From assembly GCA_013239625.1 (NCBI GenBank), contig MU054212.1, positions 2,356,001 to 2,420,000 of the forward strand: DNA of 64,000 nt, given 5' to 3'. Positions 13,091-27,095 of this stretch are shown here, piece after piece. Numbering within the stretch: the stretch's first letter is position 1; the number at the start of each line of letters is the position of its first letter. Source of the stretch: Lama guanicoe. Taxonomy: Eukaryota. The notes below the pieces were generated by a model. The model had not been told where the DNA came from. It did no database searches and saw only the letters and a program-made list of their open reading frames with translations. The translations under genes and the position numbers were made by a program.

Positions 13091-13302
13091 TAAAAATATG
13101 CATAGAGGTACTTCCAGCTGCTCAATTCAAAATTAAGTCTTTGAATGCAAAATTATCCACTTCAAAATAACAAAATCATTGTAGTTATTTTAATTTGAGA
13201 ATCTATGGCCCTACCAAGAACTGTACCGAAATAAAATGATTATTTAAGTATTTCTTTTTATGAGTATTTGGTGTTGGTCACAGAAATATCAGACACACTC
13301 AG

Positions 13303-13323
13303 ACACACACACACACACACACA
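13303..13323. repeat. (CA)n microsatellite
   Basis: direct reading. Confidence 0.9.
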
Positions 13324-14089
13324 TATGAAATCTTTGGAAAAGACTGCAGGGATGGATTTTGTATGAATAGAACCCCGAGGCATCTAACAGTTTAAATAAT
13401 GGTTTCTATTCCAGGGAAGAAAAAATATTTTTCCTTGATAGCACTTTTTTATATTCACTGCATTGGAATTACTTTTTCAAAATTCTGCCAGTGAAGACTT
13501 ATCATATGTGGGTGCCATTGCTGTAACATAAAGATAAGGATTGAGGCAAATTCCACTCATAAGCTCATGAGCCCATAAATTGGAACTATCCTTCATAACA
13601 CAAAGCACTTTACCCATCCAGAAATTTTTCTTAAAGGCAAGACAGGAGTTTTCTCTTGCAGAATTTCCCCCACTTCAGCTGCTTGAACCTTTTCAACTCC
13701 TTGAATCTGTTTGTTCACAGACTGTTTATGAGAGAAAGACACACACATCTACAGCCTATTGGCTACATAGAAAAGGTAGCAAAGAGCCACTGGTTAAGTA
13801 TTTTTTTATCAGTTCTAGATTCAGACAGATATCAAAGCATTTCAATAAAGTAGACAATGCTATTTCTACAGATTAAGGAACATCTTTAAAATCTATATAA
13901 AATTTAATAAACAACACAATTGTCATCGAGGCTTTTTTAGGGACAGTAACTGTTCAGAAATGCTTGCATGGTGTTAGGATAGCCTCATAATCCACCCACA
14001 GCCGTGAAGTCGTCACATCTCAGCCTAAACATAGGACTATCACTTCTTCTTAGCCGTCTACCTCTCCAGAGGAGGCCAACCTCCCCGAC

Positions 14090-14303
14090 AGGCACTTTAC
14101 GGTACCCTGCACTGACCCTTCACTGTTTTAAACAGCAGTGTTATCTGGGTGGTTGTCTTATGTCCCCTTCCTCTGATAAACCGTAAGGTCCACCAAAGCA
14201 GGGGTATTACGTTTCTTGCTAGTCATACTCTTACTTCAGACCACACCCTAGGGAGTCAATAATCATTTGTCAAGGGAATGAACAAATGAATAAATAAATG
14301 AAT
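14090..14303 (+). mobile_element. L2 3' end
   Basis: ccgtaaggtccaccaaagcagggg...gagtcaataatcatttg...gaatgaacaaatgaataaataaatgaat tail. Confidence 0.65.
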
Positions 14304-16799
14304 AGGCAATAGAAATATCACATATTCTTTTCTTGGATCTCTTGTTCTGAGATGGAGAAAATCAATTGAATGGTATGTTTGCTATTATTTGCTATGAATT
14401 TCTCTTATCTTAATAGGTTTTTGTAGTTTCAAGGAGTCCTTACAATGGAGCCCTCCCACCCATCTACTTTTATTTGATGCATCCTGCATTTTCTTTACCT
14501 TCTGAGGAGGTATCTGGATCAGGCTAAGAGAGCTGTAAATCACAAGTTTATTTTTTTTGAATTGTGATTACTGCACTATGCTATGAAGAAAGAAAGCAAA
14601 CTAGAAAGTGATGCTTAACCCTTTCTTACTGCCCCACTCAGTACCAAAGGATATTAAACCCCACCCAAATGCTCAGGTCTACAGACACTTTTCTCACTAG
14701 GAATTTCAAATATTGTTTCAAGGGCGAAATGTGGATTTTTAATAAAAGAGCTCTCCCTTATTCTGTTGTCAACATGCGATAACACATTTCACTATCATAG
14801 AACCATGCAGCAACTTACAAATTAATACACAGACCACTGCTCATAATACAAACATAGCACCTAGAGGCCATTAGGACTTCATGTAACCATCCTAATTCTT
14901 CAATAATTTGGTGTTGTTTTTCTTCTTTATATTGGGACTTGCACTTTGCTTCACTGTTGTTGAGGAAGGGGCTCAATATTTCTTTCATAAAGATAATTGT
15001 TTCCGTGGGATTTGGGGCTGTTCTCCCTCCCCCATTTGAGAGATGCTTCTCTGGCTGAAAACACATAAAGTGGAGACGCACCTCTTCATTAAAAAACTTT
15101 AACCTCTCACTAATGATGATATTAATACCCAGCGTGCGATAAACACCTGAGACGTACTTTGTCCTAAACAACACAGCCTTAGAGAACCTTGTAGTCAATA
15201 AAATAAAATACCCCTTTCTCTTTAATTAACATATGAAATAAACACAATCTGTGACACCTAGTGTGCAGCAGCAATTAAGAGGCATTGCTTAGTTAAACCT
15301 CCTAATACCTCATTTAAATATGCAATTAAGGGATAATTGCCTTCAATCAATAAAAAAATTGAAATATTTCGCAGGGGCTTCAATTATTTTTTGCTAGGCT
15401 TTCTGCCTTACACTTGGCCAGCGCTAAGCCTGGGAGCCTTCCTTACTCCTTCGGTTAAAGCGACATTACCCCCTTTCTTGGTCCTGGCTTTTAAGCATGC
15501 TATTAACATCGCAAGAGACCAATAACAGTCCTAAGCCTTAGAAATCATCTCTTTTGGACTCAGCTACAATTTCTATGGCTCTGAAATTGCCTCTTCGTGA
15601 CTTGCCTTAGGTTATGTGCTTTGTTTTTACTCAGCCCTAAGCCCTCCATTTTCATCTCGTTGCAAAGGAATCAACAGTGAAGGAGTAACAGTTTGCTGCC
15701 CTTCCTAGTGAGGCATCAACTGCAGGAAAAGGAACATTACAGCCATCAAATGTGTTGGTGCATTGACTTTGGCGGGGCTGGGTTTTATCCCTCAGCCTCC
15801 CTCCACAAAACACGACTTAAGAATGTATGTATTTACGAACTGTTATGTACATAGAAAGAGATATTTTAAACTGAACCTTCAGACAAACCCTGAGTATGTG
15901 AAGTGAATTGGGAACTAACCATAACCATCACCAGGGAGGACTGAGGAATAACTAAAGGGGTTAGGTGTGTGGCCAGCAAAGCGTAACCAAATATTCTTCC
16001 TGAAAAGGTGCAAATTAAATAACTCGGTGGGTTGACAGAGAATAGTCTGAAGTGCTGAAGCCGAGTGGCAAATGCAAATTATTAAGTAATTATCTTATAA
16101 AATAAACCCTCAAATGAGAGTGTAGCATCAATCAGCAAGGAACAAATACCCCACAGACAAAGCCAAGTGAAAGATTAGGTAATCTCTGATGAATTTAGGG
16201 CCATGTAAGCATCTGCACTACATGGTTCAGGCAGTAAAAACCTCCCAGGCCTGAATTCTCTGAATGAGCTGCCCAGCATGTGCCTAAACTTCGATGTCAC
16301 TTTGGTTGAGTAGGTTTGACCTTAAAGATCAATGTTGTTTTGCTCTGCACATAAGAAATAACGTAAGTGTATTACGGTCCTGGAATGTGAAAGATGTCTG
16401 TTCGACTTGGATTCCTCACCCCTGAGAGCCCAGAAGAAGCCAAGCCCAGCCTCATTCATTGAACACCCAGCCAGACCCAACAGAAGCCCCAGGAGCAGAT
16501 GAAATCTGTGAGCACAGAGAACTTGGCAACTCTACGCCCAAACTCCAACTTTTCCTTTCCTCCCTAACCTATCCTATTTCCTTGTCCCAACACCTTAATC
16601 CAGCAGAGACAATCTTGCTCTTCTCAGAAAACCGAGCTACCTCGACACCTGAACACACGTACACAAAATCTTATCTTAATTCTCGGCCCTACTGTTTCCC
16701 TCTGAGGGATTCGAGGTTGTGGCCTCATTGCCGTGGGCAAACTTTGTTTATCAAACAAAGAGAACCAGTCTCAACCCATCTTAATTGGTAAAAACAGTG

Positions 16800-17000
16800 C
16801 AATAATAACCCCAACCTTTGTTCTAACTGCATTTCATAGTCTATTTCGTGTTACCCTTATAATCCCAGTAGGAGGGTAAATTGTCATCTACATTTTGCAG
16901 ATGAAGAAATTGTGGCACTGAAATGTGATATCACTAGAAGTAGCCAAGGTTTAAACTTAAGACAGTTTTGTTCCAGATTTTACAAGCTTAGCTACTATAC
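16800..17000 (-). mobile_element. MIR
   Basis: cattttgcagatgaagaaattgtggcac core. Confidence 0.65.
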
Positions 17001-17129
17001 TAGACAAACCCCATTGAGTCTCAGTTTTTTAAAGTGTGGCACATTACTACATGGAGTGATGCAGTGGGTTTGAAATAACAGAAATAAACTGTGTACTTAC
17101 AGGTTCCACTTTCATGGTTTCAATGACCC

Positions 17130-18052
17130 TGAGTTGGAAAAACTCTACGGTGTTTCTTCCTTACTCATATGCTAAGATCACACTGACAACACTTCTAACA
17201 CCAGGTGTGTGGGTTTTCCACACATCATGCAATTCTCTGGACACCAGCTGGATATCCTACAATTTAATTCAATTCTGACACTAACTGGAGTTGGTGCAGG
17301 ACTTAGTTCCATGAGCCTGCCCTCAACTTTAGATCTGATCACAAGCAGTAGGTTCCCAGGTTCCCAACAATTTCTGTCCTACTTTGCTACAAAACGGTGG
17401 CTCCGGTGACCACCTCACTCCCTTGGATTTAATCATTTGCTGGAACAGCTCACAGAACTCAGGGAAACACTTACATACATTTACCAGTTTATTATATAAT
17501 AAAGGATATGATAAAGAATATAGTTGAACTGCCAGATAAAGAGATACATAGTGTAAAGTCTGGAAGAGTCCCAAGCACAGGTGCTTCTGTCCCAGTGGAG
17601 TTGGGATGGGCCACCCTCTTGGTACGTGGATGTATTCACCAAACTGGAAGCTCTCCAAACCCCATACTTTTGAAGTTTTTATGGAGGTTTCATCATGTAG
17701 GCATGACAGATCATTAACTCAATCTCCAGCCCCTCTCCCCTTCCCAAAGGATAGGGGATGGGGCTGAAAGTCCCAAGCTTCTAATCATGGCTTGGTTTTT
17801 CTGGTGACCAGCCCCATCCTGAAACCATTCGGGAGCCCACCAAGTGTTACCTCATTATAACAAAAGACACTCCTATCACCAAGGAAATTTCAAGGGATTT
17901 AGGAGGTCTATATCAAGAACTAGGGTCAAAGACCAAATATTAGAACAAAAGATGCTCTTAATGCTTTCTTCACTTAACAAATTATAAGGGTTTCAGGAAC
18001 TGTGCCAGGAACCAGGGCCAGAGACCAATATAATTTTTTCTGTTATTTCACA
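17130..18052 (-). mobile_element. MER21-like ERV solo LTR
   Basis: TG...CA termini; reverse complement of the right end is tgtgaaataacag...ttggtctctggccctggttcctggcaca (MER21 start); flanked by gaccc/gatcc, an imperfect 5-bp TSD. Confidence 0.85.
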
Positions 18053-18599
18053 GATCCTCAAGAGAGTTGAAACCCTGTAACAATATCCCTGATTTTTGTA
18101 AAAACAATCCTCCATTTTTAGAAAACAATCCTTCATTTTAACTCATCCACTCATTCACAATTTGTTCATTCATTCATTCAGTATCATTGAGTCACTAAAA
18201 TGTTCATCAGGCATCACTATGCTAAACACTGAGATAAAGAGATAAATGGTCTTGCCCTCTCTTCACTCCCCCCATCCATTTTCCACACTGCGTTAGATAA
18301 ATCTATTGGGCGGAGCCATGTGAAATCGCCATTATTCAACTGTTTCTGATCTACAAGAAGCAGTAATCTTGCATAGCTCAACCTAATAAAACAGAAACCC
18401 TTTGATGGCATTCCAACTTATATAGGGCAAAGTTGAGTCTGCTGAGAATGTCAGAATCAATCCTTTCCTACCTACTCAGGCTCATCTCTTATCATGCTGC
18501 TTTCCTCCCCACTTCTCTTCCTCCTGTAGGGTCTGTCTCACATGCCCTATGCCTTTGAGAGGGCTTCCTCCTGCCTACTCTTTGTTGGGAGATACTTAC

Positions 18600-19017
18600 T
18601 GCTCCATAGGTTCTTGAGCACCTACGTATCTTGCTGGGTATGCCAAGAATGCAAGGCCCTGGCCATTCTTTACCTGGGCCATTTCTCAGGTTTGTGTTTG
18701 CAGTGAGCAACCTTCAGGGATAAGGTAGTGCCCCCCTCTACAGCAAGCAAGCTTGATTATTACTTGTAAAACAGCTTGGTGTTTCTCGGCTGCAGCACAA
18801 AACCATCTGTGCCTGTTCTGTGGTATTGCCCCAGTGGACCTGGGAGACAAGGGACACTGATGCACATGCTGATACCCACGCTGCTTGCTCAGCAGTGAAT
18901 AATGAATTCCTTTGTCTCTGATCCAGAAATCTCATGTCTTCTTCCAGTATCCATGAAACAGTATTATACCAACTTATCAGAGTTGAAGAAGAGTAAAATC
19001 AAGTCCTAGAACTGATA
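18600..19017 (+). mobile_element. ERVL-class solo LTR (MER54/MER73/MER74-like; family uncertain)
   Basis: cttgctgggtatgccaagaatgcaaggccctgg...gcagtgagcaacctt...ctttgtctctgatccagaaatctcatgtcttc: LTR-like U3/R organisation. Confidence 0.6.
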
Positions 19018-19569
19018 CTCTGTTTTTTTTTTCAACAACTCAGAGCAAGCATTTTCTAAGTGAAACTCTGATTTTCTCAAGTGGAGTTCATGACTTCATT
19101 ATTTGTAGCACCACCGTGCTTAGTGGACTCCCTTATCATTGTACTTAATAATATTAGTATTGACTAGAGAAATATGCAGTTACTGAGCAGCAGCCCCCCT
19201 GACAGTGGGAGCCATGGTTTATTCTGTTGTTGTTGTTATGCAAAATTCCCAGCATGGTTCCTGAGAAGTAGCATTTATTCAAAAAGTGTTGAACTAAATT
19301 GTTGAATAAATAGTACAGTATCCCTGCTCTTCAGAAGCTAAGCTTACATTGTTTGTTATTGTTCTTGTTAACTTCTTCTTTGTTTATAAAGGGAGGTTTT
19401 TTGGCAGGAGAAGAAATAAAATCATGATTTTCTTTTTAAAAATACAAAATAATAAATTATATATTGCACTATTATAAAAGTTAAAGTCTTTGTTTCTTTT
19501 ATTATTGCCATACTTCAGAGGTAGCGGCTGGGTTGGTATATGGCCTTCCACGTATTTTCTATGCATATT

Positions 19570-20640
19570 CAAACATTTGTATCCATTTATTTTCTTTACA
19601 TAAATTAAACCATATCATAAATATACTGATGTATTTTTTCCACGTAACAACATATTATGGATATCTTGTTAAGTCAATACATAGCTCATTATTTTAAATC
19701 GTTGCATAATATTTGTTTATTAGTTTAAGATCATAGGCTGCTTTATCTAGTTAACTAATCTTCCAAAAATGAATTCCATTTTTTGCTATATATTATATAT
19801 AAATAATTATGCAATAAACATTTTATATGTATTTCTGTGCCTGGTGTGAGTGTATCTGCTAAGGAAATTCCTAGAAGTAGAATTGCTCAGAAAGATGTAT
19901 GAATTTTAAGTTTTTATATGTACATATTACTTGTTATACTGTTCTCAGGAGAACATACATACATACATTTTTGAAAGATTAGTTACGTAGCAATGTACGT
20001 TTCCACCAAAAAGTGTGAGTGTACCTGTTTCTCCACACCCTCTTTAACCCAGACATTGTTAAAGTTTTTGTATCTTCCAGAAGAATATCTCAATCTCTAC
20101 CTTCTACTTATCTGAGCATATTTTATATGTCTTGCTATTTGTCTTTTCTGTGAATTACCTAACTCTCTCCTTTTCTAAGATAATCTGACTTCTTTTGGCT
20201 TTTTTTTTTTTGTAAAGAAAATCCAGCTTTATTTACTTATTTGTTTGATACCTCATCCTTTCTCTGAGCTTCTTCCCACTGGGCAGAATCTTTTAATCAA
20301 CAGGTAAACTTAATTCAATGAATCCTCCGATTGATTTTAAGAGTGCTTTGTGAATTAAGAAAATTCACCCTTTTCTGTATGTGTTGCAAAAAGTTCCTGT
20401 TTGTTATCTTTTCATCTTGCTTATATATGATTCTTTGTATCTATAATCTATACAATTTTTTTCAACTTTTTAATAATCAAATTTGTTTTTTCTTTATAAA
20501 CTTCTGGGTTTATGCAATTGTTTGTTTTTCCTGTTTTATTTAAATTTTTTGTTCCATCTCGAATTTATTTTGAGCTATGAGTTAGGAATTCAATCTTTTT
20601 CTTGTTTTTTCATAATTGCATTCTAGATGTTTTTAAAAAG
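19570..20640 (-). mobile_element. Highly diverged L1ME fragment
   Basis: aaattcctagaagtagaattgct, gtacctgtttctccacaccctc and T-rich reverse ORF2 sequence. Confidence 0.7.
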
Positions 20641-21339
20641 TCAGTATCTCTCCCAAATATGGATGCTCACTGTACCTGTATGTTTCCTGACCTCTCTTCA
20701 TTACAAAGACAATGTTAAAATGAACTTTTCATAAAGAATATGTGTGGAGTTATAAGTACTTTTGTACAAGCAGTACAATGAAGAGGATTAACATTTACTA
20801 CAGAAACTGATACAAATCGCTGCTATCCTCTCCAAAGCATTTCAGATGTTTTGGGTTCCCTCGAATAAATAATACTGAAGATGAGAAAGCCATCGTTTAG
20901 AATTTGGTACCAGCTTTGTTACACAATCCCCTGTTATGCTAGCTGATCCTTCTTAAGGTCACCAAAGGTGGCAGAGGGCTTCAGTAATTGAACTGAGATT
21001 CTGAAAGTCTGGACTCTGGTCCTGCCTTGGGTGCTCAATGAGCTTGTGACCCTGCCTGTTATAGCTCAAGGGGAAAAGCAAAAGATGGAGCCCAAAGAAG
21101 GCTGATGTCTGGGAGAAACCAAAGTGGATGGAGTGGAATTACAAAAAGAGGTATCAAAACCTGACAGAGGGGAATTTGAGAAACAGCATATAATTTGTAA
21201 AAGGTCCTGAGAGCTGAGGTTCTGCCAAACAGCTCCCCCTTGTCTTCCCTGAGCTGACTGTGTAGATTCTTCCCAGGTTCCCTGTGCACCTACCTGAGTC
21301 CCTAACCCTCGGGAATTTGTTCCTCATCAATTCAAGAGT

Positions 21340-21620
21340 GCATTCATTCAGTATATAGTTATTGATCGCTTACTATGTGCAGGTACCACACTAGATCTGG
21401 TCCCTACCTTCTTAGAGCTTCCATTCTACCAGGAAAGATAAATACTAAACCATTTATTTGATCATCTATTTCTCATTATAACAAAAGAGATGGCAGAATG
21501 CTATGAGAGTAACTAGGTAACTGGACCCTGTCCAAGGGCTGGGGAACATCATCTTTGGTGAGCTGAATTCAAAAGGATGACTGAGAATTAACTAACTGGA
21601 GTAGAAGTGGGTTTCACAAC
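21340..21620 (-). mobile_element. L2 fragment
   Basis: cattcattcagtatatagttattgatcgcttactatgtgcaggtacc...gagcttccattcta. Confidence 0.7.
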
Positions 21621-21929
21621 TGATGGGAAACTGCCAAGGAAAGGCTGGGAAGCAGGAAGGAGCATGAAAGATGAATGTGTTTTCTGCCCCAGCTCTCACG
21701 TAGATAAGAGGATGTGAAGGTACAAATTCTACCTGGTTTGGGGAGTTCCACTTTGGTCCAGCTCCAGGACACATCGGTACACTCTGAGGTTTACAGGACT
21801 GAGCAGGTGCACATGTGAGTCTTCCCCTGGCTCTCCAGGGAAGCATTCCCTCACCAGTAGAAGCCCAGCGACTTCTCTCTAAGCATGCATTACCCATATC
21901 TCTTACCCCAAACCATCTGCCACATGAGT

Positions 21930-22190
21930 TAGTTGTTCTCATCCTTGGCTGTGAATAGGAATCACCTATATTTTAAACCTCCAAATTATCTGACCCCATC
22001 TCCAGAGATTCCGATTCAGCAGGAGGTCTGGGGTGAGGCCAGAGAATTGTTTTGTGGTTGTCCTTATTTGTGCTGTTGCTGGTGCTTGCTGGGGTATGTG
22101 TGCACACAGGTATACCTGTCCATACACGTGTCTGTCTATTAAGCTTACCTGGTGATTCTGACACAACCAGGTCTGAGAATCTGGATTTCA
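21930..22190. mobile_element. MER5-type hAT MITE (interrupted)
   Basis: aatcacc...ccccatctccagagattccgattcagcaggaggtctggggtgagg...ggtgattctga...ggtctgagaat. Confidence 0.65.
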
Positions 22191-24425
22191 CTTTCTGTTT
22201 CTTCTTATGTGTGCTGCCCTGATTTCCCTAGGTAGATATTAAGCCCCTGGGGGCAGAAGTTGTATTTTACACATGTGTGTCCCCAACTCAGCACCTGACA
22301 GCATGCACTGTGTTTAATATAGACTCTGTAAAAGTACATTGAGGTAGAAACGAAACCGGACCTTCCAGGGCAGGAGCATTACTACACTCACATGTTTTTC
22401 AGTGTCACCTATAGTTACTGTTGCCTCTTCGGTTCCACACGCTCTAGGGTTAGGGTGCCGGAAGCCTGCCATGACTTGAAGCATATTGGCAGCTTCAAGT
22501 CCAACCTCTCCAAGAGCTCCCTGTTTTGTTTGCTCATTGAGCTGAGTTTAAATCCAAATTCAACTGTGAATCATTAAAAGGGGGATTTTTCTTAAAACCA
22601 GTGATTTGTCTTTGGACAAGTGGCAGCCCTGGCCTCTGCTTGAGCCACATTAATTTCAGCAAGAGTTGTTAGGGACAGAGGAAAGCCAGCTGGGGCTGTC
22701 AGCTTTTAACTTCTACTTAGGGGGCTTAAAGAGGTGGTCCCGAGGTGCCTGCTGCCGTGTCCTTCTTTAAAATCAATTAAAAAGAGCAAAAAGTGAAAAA
22801 CCCGTTGTGGGAAAAAATATCGTATAGGTGATCTCACTTTTTGCAAGGGTAGCTTTGCTTTTCCTGAGCCATGTGGGCGCCGGTGTCCCTACCTGAATCT
22901 GATCGAGGGGAATGACCTGAGACATTCACTTAGGTGTGAACCTTTTGTTAACCAGAAAATTGGTCCCATTGCCTCCCTGTTTTTTAATATGTAAGTATGT
23001 TTTACTTTCTCTATTTTTTTCTTAAATGGTACTTATAAATAACACCTCATTGATGTTTTATTCATGTGGACAAACTGCTTCCATTATGTGAATATACAAT
23101 AGCTGGAAGTCAATGGAAATCAAATAGCTCTACCTTTATGCAAAGCTTTAAAAATTGCAGGACTGATAATAACTTATGAGGCTGCCAGTGTTCAGATAGA
23201 GCCGATCCAACTTTGTACTTCAGTGTACAGTGTACATATTCATCTTCCAACCCTCAAAGAAGACTCATCACCATCTCTCTCCATAAATAGGATGAACCTA
23301 CAATCTGCTCAAGGTAAGAGCATAAAATCCTCATTTTTTTCCTGCCCTATAACATCAGGAAAGGCAAGTAGAATTGGCCATCTGTGCACCAGGAGTACCT
23401 GCTATGCACCAGGAACTGTGCTGGCCAGAGAGAGACATGGAGCTGGTAAGTCAAGATTTACCCTCAAAGCACCCCCAACAGAAGAGATGCTCATTTCATC
23501 CACCTTGGGAAACCTCAGAAGAGAAGGTAATGGACACAGGTCATGTAAGGAGAAAACCCATAGCCACAACATGGGCATGACATAAAAACCTCACAAAAAT
23601 CTTTCCAATCATTTAGGAATGAGGGGAAGCATGAAATGCTCACCTAAAAATATAAGGCAAGGGTACAGAGAGGATGGGAAAAAAAAAACCACACACTGCA
23701 ATTTGTAAGGAATGAAATGAGTTTTTTAAAGATCATGAGAGCAAATTAAATATATTTACTCAAGACTTATATTTACATATTTAGTTGATTGCCTATGCAA
23801 ATAACTTAGCTTAAATGAATTAAAACACCCAATTTGAAAAATTATAATAGCTACTAGATCTAAAATCTCTTTTACACATTACAAAACCAACCCTGGCCAG
23901 CCACCCCAGACACCACCAGCCCAGGTATCCAGCCTCAGGGCTCATGTCCCTGCCTTACAGAGAATCCTGTTCAAGGCTCCTCCTTCACAAAGACTCCCAT
24001 CTGTAAGCCTACTCTGGTTCAAATGTCCTGTGTTCCTTCGTTCCTTCTGAATACAAGCAAACAAATACGTATTAACTGAGTTAGTTACTTTCATGCAGCT
24101 ACATTGATTTTTCATTTGTTTAATTTTCTTTTTGTATGATTATGTCTTTTTTTATGTACACCAAGAATCTGTACATCAAGGACTGGGTTGTTAGATCTTC
24201 AAGAGCAGAAACAATGTGTTCCGCTTTTTTTAGTTGGATAAAGGAGACATTAATCTAAGGTTAGAAAATAAGCTTCATAAGAGGATTAACTATAGAAGTG
24301 AGGAAGATGGGTGCTTTAGTAACTACACTTTGGCGTATGAAACCTGATTATGGGCAAAATGGCAACAACGTATTTTTTATTAAGTTCTATAAGGAATGCA
24401 GGGAGGGTAATGAGGATCCCAGCCC

Positions 24426-24456
<31 letters not shown>

Positions 24457-24917
24457 ATCTTATAATTCAGTTTTAACTACACTGATTTTAGCAAAAGTTA
24501 TGGGATTCCATTTTTACTGCTGAGGCAGCTAAACTTTTCAGTAGAGATTCCAAGAAACTACATGTTAGAGCTGTGAAGGTATCCTTTGCTAGGCTGTGGT
24601 TGCTCATATTCAGTATCCAAAGAGCCCTGGCAACCTCTGGCAAGATGCTCATACCTGCCAGACCATTTTGGTCCCCACTATGATGATTGCTTAAAACTGG
24701 AGCAGCATGTCTAGAGCTCTATGAAGAAATCAGCAGGGGCGGCACCAATATGTGCACTTGCAACAAAGTACTGGAGCTGCCATCATCTCCCAGGGTTCTC
24801 CTCTTTGAATCCCCTCTCTCTACCTAATTCCTTATTTGCGGTTGGTCCATCCAGCCTCGCCTACAACCTGGCTGCCAATAGCTGGTTACAGTCCCCTCTA
24901 GTGCTAGATCAATAAAT

Positions 24918-24958
<41 letters not shown>
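24918..24958. repeat. (GATA)10 microsatellite
   Basis: direct reading. Confidence 0.97.
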
Positions 24959-24959
<1 letters not shown>

Positions 24960-25196
24960 GAATAAATAGAATCTATATGGTTCAGTTATTCATCAGTATT
25001 CCTGTCTCTAGCAGCTGTTACAACTGGCACTCCATTGGCTCCTTCATATTCTGTTGAGGTGTTTGGCTCTTCTACAGATAACTCCTATCTCTGACCTTAC
25101 TGAGCAAGGGACATAATCTGGTGCTTAACCATACAAGGTTGCTCATGACAGTGTCTTTCCAGTTTCTTGGCTTCCCCTTCAAGCGGTAAGATTATT

Positions 25197-25198
25197 AA

Positions 25199-25231
<33 letters not shown>
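25197..25231. repeat. A-run followed by (AG)n
   Basis: direct reading. Confidence 0.95.
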
Positions 25232-26399
25232 CCAAGAGATAATATCTCCCTAGGAAAAATATGTCTGATAGTCAAATTCCTGGTTAAGCAACTGGAGTTC
25301 TCAGAGATGGAAGTTGTTTTCCTGTTGTTGGTATTGTTCTTATCTTTCCTCTTAGATTAAAAAAGAAAGAAAGAAAAAGAAAGAAAGAAAGCAAGCAAGC
25401 ACTGGAAGGGGACAGGTTATCTAGTTAGACAGACAGGTGGTAGGAAATGAGGCAAATAAAAGAGATCTACCATGAACTTTCCAGGTCGAGAAACTTTTAG
25501 TGGAAGCCCAAGTCCAAGTGATAGCATTTTATTTAAGACCATCATTTCCAGTCCCCGTTTGGATGTGGTATTTAACAGAAGCTTCTCATCCGAAGTCTAA
25601 CGTATTGTCTTGTCTGTTATTGTATCTTCTCCAATCTCTCCTTCTGATCTCCGGGATACTTTCTTATCTTCTAAAAGAACCATAGCAATTAGATCACATA
25701 TTCTATCTGCTTAGAAAGTTTTTGGTGTGATTATACTTGCAAACGATGGATTGGTTTGCCTGCAGAAGTTTATGAATCCTGAGTTCTACCTTCTCCTTTC
25801 TAAGTTTAAAAATATTCCGCAAATAAATCTTTCAGAGATTTATAACATCTTTTATTTAAGGAGTACAAAGTACTTTACAAACAAGTGGGTGTGATGGGGG
25901 AGATGGAGAAGATAAATTGACCTACCCCAAACCACACAGAAAATTCAGGAACAGAATATACAATGCCTAACTCCCAGCCCAATATCTAAACTCAAATACC
26001 AATACATCTTCCATATCAGTCTCATTATCATTTATTTATTACCCTCTTGAAGACAGGATACAACAAACCTATCAACAAAAAACCTTTTACAGGCCCACAA
26101 AATGCTCACAAGCCTTTTCCACCTTTATCAGTGTTGGAATGTTGATGAGATGAGGGAAGTGGACTTGCCCAAAGAACCCCACAGTTACTTTCATGGTGTC
26201 ACTCCCTTTCTCAGAACACTTCACTGGGTCCCAATTGATTCTCAATGAGATTTAAATTTCTCATCATGAGCTTTAAATTCCAACCCTTTCCTGTATCTCA
26301 CTGCTCTCATCCCTCCCTTTATTCATTTATGTCACCTTATGGTATTCACTCCAGCCAAAGAAATCTGCCACAGCTCACCTGCACAAATCCCAGGCATTT

Positions 26400-26890
26400 C
26401 TACTGGATCTTAGATTCCATTAGAAGGAAAAAGCACCCTGAACAAGAGGGATGATGGTCTTAACAATATTCTCTTCTGGTCAGACCACACTTGGGAAATT
26501 ATGTTCCATTCTGGAAAGGATATTCTCAAGGGGTTTAGAAAAACAGGTGACCATCCAGAGGAGAAGCTCCAGTTTGTAAGGGGATAAAGAGTTCTGTGAG
26601 CTTGCAAGAAGACAGCATCTTTCAGATACTTGAAGAACTGTCATATTGAGAAAGGGTTAGACTAACTGAATGGCTCCAGAGATTTGAAATCAACACAATG
26701 AATTTCCTGATGTTTCAGGAAATAGAATACTGCTCCATTCAGGAGGGAAACGTCACAATAAACTGAGTTGTCCAATACTGGAATATACTGTTTGGGGAAG
26801 TATGTGATCTGCTTGTGATCACATTTATAAAGGATGCTGTAGTAATGTCCACTTTCTGACATAAAGTGGAATTAGATGTCTTTTAGAGTA
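26400..26890 (+). mobile_element. L3/CR1 LINE fragment
   Basis: ctggtcagaccacacttgg...catccagaggaga...tctttcagatacttgaag: CR1 RT 3' region. Confidence 0.65.
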
Positions 26891-26899
26891 GAGTTGAAT

Positions 26900-27095
26900 G
26901 GATAACAGTGTAGCATTTTGATCCCAACTGTATGGGCTTAAAACCTACTCAGCATGACTTAAACCTCCCAGTGCCTCAGTTTCTTCATGATGGTAGTATT
27001 GATCTGCTAGTGTTACAGAAGCAGATTAAGTGAATGAAAGAAAAGGACTTATAAGCTGACATGTAGTAAGCATTGCATTAGTGGGTTTTTTTCAT
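26900..27095 (+). mobile_element. MIR
   Basis: acctcccagtgcctcagtttcttcat core. Confidence 0.6.

Noticed and set aside
18101..18140. ~21-bp tandem near-duplicate aaaacaatcct(c/t)catttt
   Set aside because: Two copies only; ordinary slippage, not an array
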